Positions 13,717 to 26,439 of a stretch of 64,000 bases of DNA are shown one piece after another; the first letter of the stretch is position 1; every line of letters starts with the position of its first letter. The stretch is from NCBI GenBank assembly GCA_964016885.1, contig OZ024743.1:160332001-160396000 (forward strand), given 5' to 3'. Both the position numbers and the translations under genes were made by a program. This DNA is from Eledone cirrhosa (Eukaryota). The notes beneath the pieces are model-generated. The model was not told the origin of the DNA. It worked only from the letters and a program-made list of their open reading frames with translations, and ran no database searches.

Positions 13717-13890
13717 ATTATTCAAAATGTTAATAAATGAAAAATAATAATCAAATTATATATTATATTTTATTATACATATTTCAAAGGTACAATGGTG
13801 TTTAAACACCATTGTACCTTTGAAATATGTATAATAAAATATATAATTTGATTATGACAATATTTTTCATTTATTAACATTTTGAATAAT
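13717..13890. repeat. Near-perfect spacerless palindrome, arms about 85 bp
   Basis: ...atttcaaaggtacaatggtgttt|aaacaccattgtacctttgaaat... centred at 13803/13804, next to a (TA)n tract. Confidence 0.9.
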
Positions 13891-13924
13891 ATTAAAACTC
13901 CAGGAAAATTTACTGTTGTGTGCT

Positions 13925-14042
13925 ATATATGTACATACACATATATATACACACATATACCCACATACAAACACACACAGATATATATATATACATGCAT
14001 ATACATACACATATATACTCACACATACACACCTATATACAA

Positions 14043-14073
<31 letters not shown>

Positions 14074-14340
14074 CATGCATATACATACATATATATACTC
14101 ACACAAACAATCACACAAACATACACACATGTATGCATGCATACATACACACAGATACAAATACATACCCATGCACATATATTCACATACATACACATAT
14201 ATATAGATATATATAAATAAAAGATATCCATGAACGCACACACACATATATACAGGGGGGGGACATCCTTCTTACAGGGACACACACAAACACATACACC
14301 CACACACGCACACACACAAAGACACACACACATCACCACA
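13925..14340. repeat. Compound (CA)/(TA) microsatellite
   Basis: Direct; source of spurious HT/YI/CV ORFs. Confidence 0.9.
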
Positions 14341-14489
14341 AGGGCGGAGATCATTCTTACAGAGATAGTGCTCTTCTCAATACGTGTGCAGTAACAATCA
14401 AAACAATTTTTTGCACCTCTTGCAGAGATGGTAAACCAAGAATCATTCACAAAAACTGTTCTGTTCCTTTCTTGATCAATAAACAGACC

Positions 14490-15960
14490 TTGCTATGTTG
14501 GTCTTTTATAATGATATCTGGCCTAGGTGTGAGGTTTGTGGCGATGGAACCCACCTGAAGGTCTTCTACCCTCAGCAGATGGCTAAAAGATCAAGGCCAC
14601 ATCTCCTGCTTAACCCACGGACCCAACCAATAAAACAAAATAGCAACAGAAACGGCAGCAGCAACTGTAGCAGCAACAATATCAAGACCACCAACACCAC
14701 CCACCATGCCAGAAGTAGCACAAGCGTCACCAACATCCACCACGCCACAACCCTACCAATACCTATAGAGGACATTCCACTCCCCAAACTCTAACAACTG
14801 GAGACGGATTGTGACGAGCAAGAAGGGTGGAAAACTGTATCTGTAAAAAAAATGAAACCAGAAAAGAAAGAACCCTCTTCCTTCGCCCTGAAAAAATAAA
14901 GAGCGAAACAAATAAACAAAAAATAACAAGAAAGTAAAGACAACAACGCTACCACAACCACCATCAACCACACCACCTTCACCCACACCACCATCACCAG
15001 CCCCACCGCCAGAAACAGCAACACCATCACCATCATTAACCCCAACACCGACATCACCAACAACAATCAAAACAGAAACAAACACACACGCGCAACCACA
15101 ACAAACAATAACACAACAAAACGACCAAGCCGAAACACTCTACACGGCATTAATCATGAACAATAAGCAATTATTGCACTATATCCAACACAACACCAGC
15201 ATCACTGAGAAAAACTACAGAACACCACAAAATTTCACCCAGACATATAGAAATCACACGTATCTCACAGAAAACATGCACAGCCCTAAAATTAAAATTT
15301 CCCAAGGACATTGGAGATTTCCGGCAAGCACTTTCCATGGGGATATATAAAGATATCCTTCCAGAAAGGGCCACAAACTGTCAGAAGGACGGAAAAACCG
15401 CCCATCTTTCACAAGAACTGAGGTAAGTGGTCTTTCCACTCTTTTTCAACATGGCCTTACGCAGAATAGGCAGCATAAATCCATCTGGCCTGGTGTCACC
15501 ATAAATGCAGGGTTACCTGCTCAACGACCTCAGGTCATTGAACATATAAGTGGTGGCCATCAGCGAGACCTGACTTTCCGAGGCACAAGCCTTCGCACCC
15601 ATCTACGGCGGTAACGATGTTTACGTATCTCAAAGCCGGCCAGGATCGGGAGGCGGAGTCACCTTGTTTTTTAGCGGATAGGGCAGGAGGGTTTAAAAGC
15701 CTCGCAAACCTGCTCAGATGTTTCCAACTGTCTGACAGGTACCAACTGGATTTCCCGAATGTGCCAATGTGGACATGGACAAACAACATCGGATCATCCA
15801 GATCGTATCTAGATAGAGTATTTTGTAAGTAAATAGCTAGTTCTGGCATAGGTTGTTGAAAATTTAAAACAGTCGAATACACGGAACACAAATGATCGAC
15901 TTAGAAAGGCTTCAAAGACAGGGATACGGCAACTGGAAGAAAACGTGTCGCTGACAAGGC
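14490..15960 (+). mobile_element. Tx1-clade LINE 5' remnant (ORF1 Zn knuckle, deleted APE)
   Basis: CEVCGDGTH knuckle; T/P-rich ORF1; APE segment LSDRYQLDFPNVPMWTW..SRSYLDRVF matches other Tx1 copies. Confidence 0.8.
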
Positions 15961-16342
15961 TCAACGCCTCCAATTACCAGTGGGGAACTTAATTGAGAAG
16001 CTTAGCTCAAATAAATTGAACTACCATAAGGGTTTATAAAAATGAAATTCGTATTTAAACAATTATGATACAGGTCTATGCAATGTATTGTCCAATCGAA
16101 GAAAACTCTTAGGGTTGACTACCGTCATAAAGATAAAAAGAAGATTGACATGAGATGAAAATAAGCAAGGGTGCCAGTGACAACTAGGGGGCACACTGTG
16201 CCAACGGATGTACACGTGAGTGTATATATATATATATATATATATATTTAAAGGAATCGGGATCATACTCTACTACCCCAAGGATAGAGTACTCTGTTGT
16301 GTAATGGTCTAACCAGTTACAAACTGAATCCATCCTGATCTT

Positions 16343-16373
<31 letters not shown>

Positions 16374-16684
16374 GGAGAGAGACGTGTGTGTGAGTGTGTG
16401 TGTGTGTGTTCAGGTTAAACTTGATAGAGCCCATCTTTTTCCAGGTATGAATACAGCCGATTTTTTTCGAGAAAAGGAATCGATCCCGGTATATCACTTA
16501 TCGAGCACGAAATAATTTAAGGTAAACTTGACCTCACCACGATTTTAACCCTGAGCGCAGTAAGTTGAAACAAAAACGAAAGTATTTTTAATTCGATGCT
16601 GTAAAGACTCTACTACATCGCTGGCGTTTTTTCTTTTGTTTTTTTTTTAGTTATAAACATATTAGAAATACAATTTCTACTTAC

Positions 16685-16789
16685 TCCGAGCACAAATGTT
16701 CCAAGAAATTCAGCCAACATTTCTCTGATTATTTGGTTGTGTATTCGTAAATGATATCGAAAATTCTTTGTTAATGGCATCTTGTTCAT
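16685..16789 (-). CDS. AQP: Aquaglyceroporin (MIP family, AQP3/7/9/10-like) first coding exon; downstream exons not found in window
   Basis: ATG at 16789 gives MNKMPLTKNFRYHLRIHNQIIREMLAEFLGTFVLG, the RExLAEFLGTFxL TM1 signature. A phase-0 GTAAGT donor follows at 16684-16679, the same position as intron 1 of vertebrate aquaglyceroporins. An in-frame TAA lies upstream. Confidence 0.88.
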
Positions 16790-17739
16790 TTCTCCGAGCA
16801 CTTCTAATTGATAACTTTATTTCTGCTGTATATTTTTGGCAATAAATATTTTGTTTTAGCCGATGCAATATTTGATATAGTTATCCCTCGTCTTCAATAG
16901 GCGTATCATAATTTGTTTTCAACTTCCTACAAAGGGTTTGTGGTTTATTCCTTCCTCCTCCGCAAGCTGCTCCTCTTCTGATTCCTCCTACTCCTACACC
17001 ATCACGACTACCACGTCCTCATCTTCCTCTATCTTTCGAAATCTTTGTCTATGTATCTAGCTATACCTATGTGTCTTTATGTGTGTGTTTGTGTATACCT
17101 GTGTGTGCATATACCTATTGATCTATAAATCTAAATTAATGTCTATGTATCTATTTTCATATTCCTCTATTCCTCTATGAAATCATAGGAATTTAATCTT
17201 AGGAGTTCGGGAAGTAGATTTCTAAATAAATATTCTTATAATGATTGATTTTCGTGATATTATTTTTTTTAATTATATTTTCTTTCGTTTTCCAAATAAT
17301 TTCCTTGCTTTATAAATGTATATGTCATGAGTTACTTTCGGTGAAAAAATGTAATCCTCAAATAATAATTATATACATGTATTCCTTTCTGCGTTTCAAT
17401 AGAATTTTGTTTTCAATTCTTTTATTTATGTTGGTATTTCACTTAATAATGTATACATTTTCTTTTTGTTATTGATAATGTTGTTTATACGATTATTACT
17501 CTGATATAGTGTATATATATGTAGGAAATAGATTGTGAAGATAATATTGCAAGAATATTAGCAGAGATCAAAGATAGACAATAAAAATTCAAGGTTAGGA
17601 ATATAATATGTTGAAGTTCGTTAATGGTCGCTTACTCTTCTAGAAAATAATGGAACTTTACATTTCGTTGAAAAGAATTCCAAGAGTGCGCATTTGACAG
17701 TTTGCGAAAGAAAAGTTCCATAGTCTCTTTCTCATAAAT

Positions 17740-18152
<413 letters not shown>

Positions 18153-18481
18153 CTTTGTGTGTGTTCGTATGGGGGTGTTTGTTAGTACCCACACATATAC
18201 ATACACACTATCAGCCAAAGTCGGAGCTACTCTTTGTTCTCACAAAGTTATGTTTTTTTATTTTTTTAGGAGCCTAAAATTTTATGTTTATTGACCGTTG
18301 ACAGTTTATCAGTCAAATCTGACACTTACCAGAACCAGTAGCAACAACAGCGCAACCAGCTCCACCCACCATCACCATCACTACAACCATCATCACCTAT
18401 TTTGTATCGGCCGAAGGCGATGAAATACTAAACCTTCTTGTACATAGTTGGATTACGTCAATCATCATTAATACTATCTTT

Positions 18482-18667
18482 ATTAGCAGTATCGGTAGAG
18501 GGTCGGACGCCATGCTTTGACGCATAGAGTTACGGCCCTTGCCATTCTGAGTTCAAATCCCGCCGAGGTTAACTTTGCCTTTCTTCCTTACGGGGTCGAT
18601 AAAATAAAGTACCAGTAATGTACTGTGTAATTGCTGGCCTTGTGCCAAAAAGTAGAAACAATTATTA
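18482..18667 (+). mobile_element. tRNA-derived SINE
   Basis: A-box-like tagcagtatcgg, B-box gagttcaaatcc, central gccgaggttaactttgcctttc..ggggtcgataaaataaagtacc, tail agaaacaattatta. Confidence 0.9.
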
Positions 18668-19621
18668 AAGATGGTGGAAGAGAAGTCTTTTTTGCTCATT
18701 ATAAGAAATTAAGTAGTCCCTTTCCACCTAACATACCTGTAGTAAGAATAGATTGCATAAATTCTGCTGTCGTGAGATCGGGTGGGAAGCTTGGCCATAT
18801 GCTGAATGGCCTCAGGTAACTAATTATACATATAGTAGACACCTGCAAAACCAGGATTTGCAAGATGTGCATACATGTGCTCTTCAGGGGATTACGGCTG
18901 TTCAACCGGTCAGGATTTTGTCGAGTTTCTATGTAGTTTGAAGATGTTCTCAAACTCGAAAAACGGCTCATTTCCGAAGGTCCTTCATTTGGTAGTAATA
19001 CGAGTGAGTACTACCGTGTGGTTAATTTGGTCAACTGACACACACCGATATTTCTGGCAAAGTGCCTATGTGAGAAACAACTATTATCGTATCTGTTGTT
19101 GCTGGTGTTGTGATAATGATATCTATGAAGATAATGGTGTCCACTGTATTGGTGGTTATGGAGATGATTATGATGAAGATTTTGTGGTGTCTGATGATCA
19201 TGGTGATGATGATGATAGGAATTGCTGTAACTTTTTAAATATTAACGGTGATTTCCAACTTTAGCGCAATAATAGTAACATCAAAATCCTCATCATAATC
19301 ATCACCATAACCACCAATACAGTCGACACCATTATCATCATAGATATCACTATCACAGTCGCCAATTGTAGAAGCTTCCCACTTCCTCCCTTTTCATCTA
19401 CCTTAATTGCTTTCGTGTTGGCCGCCTTATTTAATTAATCCAACTGTATTGTGAGTGTAAAACCGGTATTCTTCTAACATATATTTCCTTGAGTTGACGG
19501 ACCTCCTAATTTAATTATTTGATATATGTACATCCATGCATACACATATATATGTGTATGTGTACGTGTGGAAGTGTGAAAGTGTGTATATGTGTGTACA
19601 TACATAAATCTCACTTTACAA

Positions 19622-19667
<46 letters not shown>

Positions 19668-20769
19668 ATATGTGTGTGTGTGTGTATACACTTTGAGTGT
19701 GAGGGAGAAAGAAGTGTTGATAGGCAACCTAGTTTACTTTTAATACCTCAAAGGAACGGTGTGTTTAGACTCCATTTACTTATGGCATTTGATAGTAATT
19801 CCATTTAAGTTAGCTTAATATTAAGAACTGTGCTTGGCGTTTTCAACTTCCTTTCATTTGTTTCCACTTTAGTCATTTGTCACTTCTTGTTTTGTATTGT
19901 TTTATGTTGTTTTTATTTATTTTGGAGTGGATACGGTAGTTGATATTAATTTTCTTGTTTTTGATTTCTGTTAGTTTTTTATTCTTTCTGTTGATTTTAA
20001 TTTTATGTATATATTTTTGTTCAGTATTGTTAGTCCCAGATTTCCCTTGAACGTAAAACTAATAACTAGGCTATATGTTTTGTTTTCCTTTCATTAAACT
20101 TAATAATGTTTCGAACCAAAGGAAATATTTCGACGTGGTCTCCCGACCTGCTAGAGAGAACAGTAGACGTAACTCCGGAAATCATACCCTACCAGCTTAA
20201 TTGCCAGTATAGGGGAGGGGAATGTTTGAGTATTGAACGGGGTGCTTAGGGTTATTTCTTCCAGATTTTTGCTTTCTATTGGGAAGGCCTTTCCATCACA
20301 AGAGAACCAATGCTGCAAAGTTGTTTGGCCCTTGCCTTTCCCTTTGACAACATTGTAGGCATGGAAACGAGACTCTTGTTAATGTGATTAAATATAATAT
20401 TTTGAAATATAATTTACTTCTAAAAAGGTATATTAAGAATAAAATTTATTTTATAAATCCAATAAACCTGTGATAAAATAAATATCCATTGTCAATTATA
20501 TGTATACTATATAATATCAGCATCATTTTCATGTTATGTGGAATATGTGCTTTTTATTGTGCCACCATCACTGCCATTTTTCAGAGTGGCACCAACACTA
20601 ACTCATTTCCACACTAGGTTATTCGTTGTGTCGTTGGCTTGGCTGTAAATTATGTAATAGGATTGGGTGTGTAGGACGAAAGAGAGGAAGGCAACCTAAT
20701 TTCTGATTGTTTAATGTGGTGTGATGACATCCTGTTTTTATCTTTTAAAAACAGGACCCTAATCCCGAA

Positions 20770-21470
20770 ATATCATGAAGAACTGCTTCGCCGAAGCTCT
20801 TATACACCTTTCGCAGTGTCCCGTGCCAAACATCTCGCAAGTTTCGACACCTGCATCCGATGGACTGATGAGGAGATATGCGCCGTCCGGTTTGACGAGA
20901 CCGGGTGGCAACAGGCCACCTTACCCGTCAAATATGGTAGCCTCGGTCTTCGGTCTCCGGTCCCACTGGCCCTGTCGGCTTTCATTTTGTCGGTGACCGC
21001 TTGTCATGTCCCCACCAACAGGGTTCTCTTCAACACAACTGAACTTTCTGATTGAGAAACATGAGGCAACCTACTTTACAGGGAACCAGCTCGGCTTGTA
21101 CCCAGTCGATGTGCACCTCCATTTCCCCTCAGTAGATGTCCAGCCTCCTCAAACGAAATGAGACGTCATCCTTTGCAGTATGATTTCAGACGGGCTGGTG
21201 CGCCGGTTAGACCAATACCGTCTGGCACGTTTCCGCTCGGCTTCCCAACCCCACAGTGGTGCCTGACTTAACGTACCTCACTCACGACTGGCACTCAGCT
21301 GAACAGTGACGGCTTGCGCATTGGTGTTTCGCTGAGGCTCGGCCTCCGCATCTGAAAACCTCACAAATGCCGCTGCGGTACCATTGTAGATCCTTTCGGT
21401 CTCCAACCATTGTCATGACGTTAAAGTGCAAGCCACTTCCCATGCCATGCTATTCACAACGAGATTATAT
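20770..21470 (+). mobile_element. CRE-clade LINE fragment, degenerate
   Basis: WQQATLPVKYGSLGLRS..LALSAF, then LRLGL..PHKCRCG; homologous to 2250-2935. Confidence 0.7.
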
Positions 21471-22093
21471 CGGCCAAGACCCAGTGGTGGAGGGCAAGTT
21501 AGTTAGTGGTGGAGGATACTCGTTCGGACCTCACTTCAACAAATAAAGTATATTTACATATGAAGTATTCCAAGATAAAACCGAGCTCCTGACGTATTAA
21601 TTCTTTAGATAAACTAGCATGTGTAGTGTGCATATTGGTATTGTACGCAAGTATATATGCATGTAGATATGATACATCAAATAAAATCGTAATTGACAAT
21701 ATGCACAGAAATTGAAGGAAGACTGCGTTACACTCTCTTATGTAATCAGTAACGTAATCCATGATACATTAAAAAAAAGACTATATTAATGTTTATTTAA
21801 GCGATCGCTAACTGGAAGTGTTGGCGTTTGAACATTGTAAAGAAGTGAATCTTTAAATAAGCAATAAGATATATTTAATCAACAGTTACGAAATTTAGTA
21901 GATAAATTATGTAATATTCATTCATTATTTATTCAAAGTAATCCAACTTATTTTACTAACTGGATTAAAAGAAATAAACCGTGCGCAGTCCCGCATTCCT
22001 TACCTTATTATAGTTTATATGTGTAAAATTTTGTTTTATTTTTTCTTATCATACATTATTGTAGTGTTCAATCGCGTGTTTCTAACTTCATAG

Positions 22094-22240
22094 GCAGTGA
22101 ATTGGCAGAGTCGTTATAACATTGGATAGAATGCTTTGTTATATTCATTATAGCTCTCTGTATTCTGAGTTCAAATCCCACCGAAGTTAGCTTTGCTTTT
22201 CGTTGTTGATAAAAAGAAAGAGTACCAGCACAGTACTGGT
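22094..22240 (+). mobile_element. tRNA-derived SINE, old diverged copy
   Basis: gtgaattggcagagtcg...ctgagttcaaatcccaccgaagttagctttgcttt. Confidence 0.7.
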
Positions 22241-23119
22241 GACGGTCGATTCTTCTTCTATACATCTTTCTAACTCTCTTTCTCCTTCTCTGGAATAAAT
22301 CAATTGTGTTCAGATATGAAGAAGGATGTGGTCCACCAGCTTTTAAATATACACAATGGTGCCTCTACGATTCCATCGGAAGTTAGCGGCCCGTGCATAC
22401 ATCTGCAGGTAGAAAAAGTGATGTATTCAGCTGCTATATGACAATACACAAAGAGAACAAATATTCCCCTTTATAATATGTAAATAAATAACACCCGATA
22501 AAAACATAAAATTTGTTGCATTTGCTGATGGAAGTAAATAGAATCGTTAAACATAAGATTCCGTCCAAATCATTTTCATATGTAAGGTGCATTTACAAAA
22601 TTTTAACATTGAGTATAGTCGCCACAGTACTGATAATTATAAAAAAAGGTTGAATAAATCTGGTAAAGTACCCCTGCAGGCGGGAAACAAGTTAACAGAG
22701 ACGCCTGTGAAGAATCGAAGCCCGCATATCTTGTATGAACAGCTATCGCATTTAACCATAACACTAACGCCCCTTCCCGTTACCCGTATCACTAAACACT
22801 GTAGCTTTAGAACATGTAAGACTGATTCTAGAAGTGCAAACATTTGGTTGATTACAAAGCATTTGAAAATTTGAAATTTGAAATTATAGTCGCTACAATG
22901 TAGATAACTATAATAATAGCTCCATACGGGAAAAAGTCTATAGAGACGTCTGCAGTTAAGCAAACCATGCATTACTCAAATATCGGAGTAAGTTTATCAA
23001 ATATCGGAGTAAGTTTAAACATCATCAGCAAATTGATTAACTAATATTGCCCAATTTAGCAATGGAGAAGGGGAAGGAATTTATTATGTAACGTTCAAAT
23101 AGCTATAATCTAATACTTG

Positions 23120-24300
23120 AAAATATGCTGAATGTTATGATGTATTTTCACGAGGGCATGATGAATGCTCTGAACCCTTTGGTGTCACAAACTGTACGAA
23201 GTAGGGTTGTGTCATGGCTCCTGTTCTCTTTCTTTTGTTCTTCTCTGTCATGCACTTGTTTGTATTTGACGACTTAGACACTGGTGTCAGATTTGAATTC
23301 CGTATATCAGGTAAATTATTCAACCAACAACGCTTTAAGGCTTAAACCCTTACACAAACAGGTGTTATTCGTGATATACTGTTTGCTGATGATGCTGCAT
23401 TTGTTGCAATAACACTCGAAGTGACACAAGAATTGATGAACCACTTATCGCTTTCCTGTTAAGTACTTGGCTTAACAATCGTCGTTAAGAAGTTTGTACA
23501 TCAACCAAGGTCAGCTACTACCATTTATAAGTAGAAGGTTTCAGGCAAGGACAGCCCGGACACGGGCATCTCCACGTTCCCATCACTGTGGATGGCAAAT
23601 ATTTGAAGTATGTGAGCCCCTTTACTTATCTTGGCAACAAGGTGAACCGCTCTGCATCCATGGATGATGTGTTCATCAATTGAATCTCCAAAGCAAACGA
23701 CGTCTTTGGCAAACTACATCATCGTCTATGGGGTGTCAGCAGTATAGCCCTGACAACAAAAATTGCATTTTATCGTGCAGTTGTACTGACAACACTCTTA
23801 TACGTCTCGGAGTCATAAACACTTTATCGCAGCCACGTTTATAAGCTTGATGTCTTCCACAAACATTGTCTTCGCTTTGTCTGTGGTCATGGCCTTTCTG
23901 ACAGAGTCGTCAATGTTGATCTAATCACGACGTGAAGCTTCGGTGGGACTGAGTCATTTCTGAAGCAATCACACCATAGATCGGCTGGCCATATCCTATG
24001 GATGACTGAAAACCGCAAACTCGAGATACTGTTATACAGTTAACATCATAAGGGTGCACACAATGTAGGCTGACAAATTGGTGGACACAGATCTAACTTG
24101 TTTTAAAGCCTTGGCTGCAGACTGTGGAAAAATGGAGAACTTTCTGTCATGAACGTATAAATGGCCAAAATTCGTGATCTAAAATCTAACACCATGATTC
24201 GATCTTCCATCCTGCTCTGCTCAAAATCCTGTTATTTGTACTAAATGCAGCTTGGTGCGTAAATCAACATCTGGACTGAAGTGGCATTTAAGGCATGACT
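23120..24300 (+). mobile_element. RTE (BovB-like) LINE 3' half, heavily degenerate
   Basis: By-eye translation: K*GCVMAPVLF, LFADDAA, FTYLG, FYRAVVLTTLLY, many stops. Confidence 0.75.
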
Positions 24301-24353
24301 ATCAAAAGATAACGAACTGAGAAGACTGTGTCGATATACGAAGGGAGAGTTCA

Positions 24354-24968
<615 letters not shown>

Positions 24969-25265
24969 TGCTTGAAGCTAAATACTATTTCTATTCTGTT
25001 ATAAGTTGAGCCAACTTATGCAGCTTCATATGCAAATAAGATTAATCACCTCTTTTACACAGACAAGAAAACTATATATTCTCGACTTTTCACCAGTTGC
25101 AAGAGTGGGGGGAACCGTCCTAATAAAGACCAGTCAATGCTGAAATGCATAGACGGTTGTTCCCCTACGGCTTCCTATATGTTTCCTTTAAACATACCGG
25201 GTTTCTTCAGAAATACAAAATTTCTATGCATATCTGTATACACCTATGCTTGAAGCTAAATCCTA

Positions 25266-25317
<52 letters not shown>

Positions 25318-25599
25318 GATATATATTAAGATATAAAATATTTAATTTTTTTTTATCTCGTAATATCACAACCTGAATTGCATCTCACCCCCAAAACAAC
25401 GCGTGTGTAATATAATTGATTTGACTGGTAGGTACACATTTTACTTAATCGCTATAGAAAGAGGCGAAAAGAACTTCCGAAAATGAACTGACGTCAGACA
25501 ATCAGCAGAGACCTGAAACCGGTCAAAAAAAGTTGGAACCGTTTAATCGATAGTAAATGAGCGTGGTTATTGGAGTGCTTTGGTTGCCTCATGCGTCTC

Positions 25600-26185
25600 A
25601 AAATGCGGGAGAGTCTCAGTCTCAGTCAGAGGTCTTGCCGTATTTGAGGGATTTGATTGCTCCGTTGGCCGAGTTCCTGATACCAGGTGTAGAAGGGGAC
25701 TTATTATAACGGAGACGGTGGTTGTTCTACCAAAATACTTCATTTGCTGATCTAAAGTTGTATTCAACTTAACTCCAAAGTTCACCCTTGTCTTAACATT
25801 GGACGTCTTTATACTCTCTACTGCAAATTTCCAAGCTTATTTGCAACGTGTGTGCAAAGAGGAACACTTATTTCCAAGCCAGGGTTTGTATGTATCCTTC
25901 TTTGCTTAGATTGCATCGTTAACCTTCTAATTGAAGAGGATGTTCTTCCTACTACCTACTGCCACACTGACCCGCTTTCGTCAGTTCGGCATTTAACAGC
26001 TGAAGCAGAAACTGCCGAACTGAACAGTGACCCTCCATATCAACGTATTCAGTTTGTTTATAGAAATCTCTGAATTTGGAGGCAATAGTATCCGTATACC
26101 TTGTCCTGATCTCCCACTTTAACCTGTAGGTCAAGCTGCACTTATCATTTGTGTGTGTTTTCGTGATTTTAGGTAGACTCCCAAT
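25600..26185 (-). mobile_element. Degenerate LINE fragment (APE-RT linker, RTE/Expander-like)
   Basis: By-eye translation KVNDAI*AKKDTYKPWL...FGVKLNT resembles the LINE linker EVKDAIRAKKxAYKAWL..FGxKL. Confidence 0.45.
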
Positions 26186-26204
26186 TTCTGTATATATATA
26201 TATA

Positions 26205-26435
26205 TATAATAAAAAGGACGATTTGTAATGTCTCTTCATTGCATTTATTGAGTAGTGACGCGCGTTTCGCTATTGATCAGCTCAATGTTCAATCTGTATC
26301 GATGTAACCCGACTCTGGAGTCAAAGGATCGATGGACGAATACAGATCGAACCTTCAGCTGATGAATAGCGAAACGCGCGCCACTACTCAAAAAACGCAA
26401 TGAAGACATAAAAGATCGTCCTTTATTATTATTAT
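26205..26435. repeat. Imperfect inverted repeat (arms about 95 bp) with a hammerhead-like motif in each arm
   Basis: gacgcgcgtttcgctatt at 26257 mirrors aatagcgaaacgcgcgcc at 26365; flanks aaaggacgat / atcgtccttt. Confidence 0.8.
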
Positions 26436-26439
26436 ATTT

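Noticed and set aside
18875-19264. Cys/Asp-rich ORF suggesting a metal-binding protein
   Set aside because: Derived from degenerate (GAT/GGT)n low-complexity DNA; no splice or domain support.
22300-22430. Possible minus-strand exon after tttttctacctgcag
   Set aside because: Acceptor-like only; no convincing donor or homology seen.
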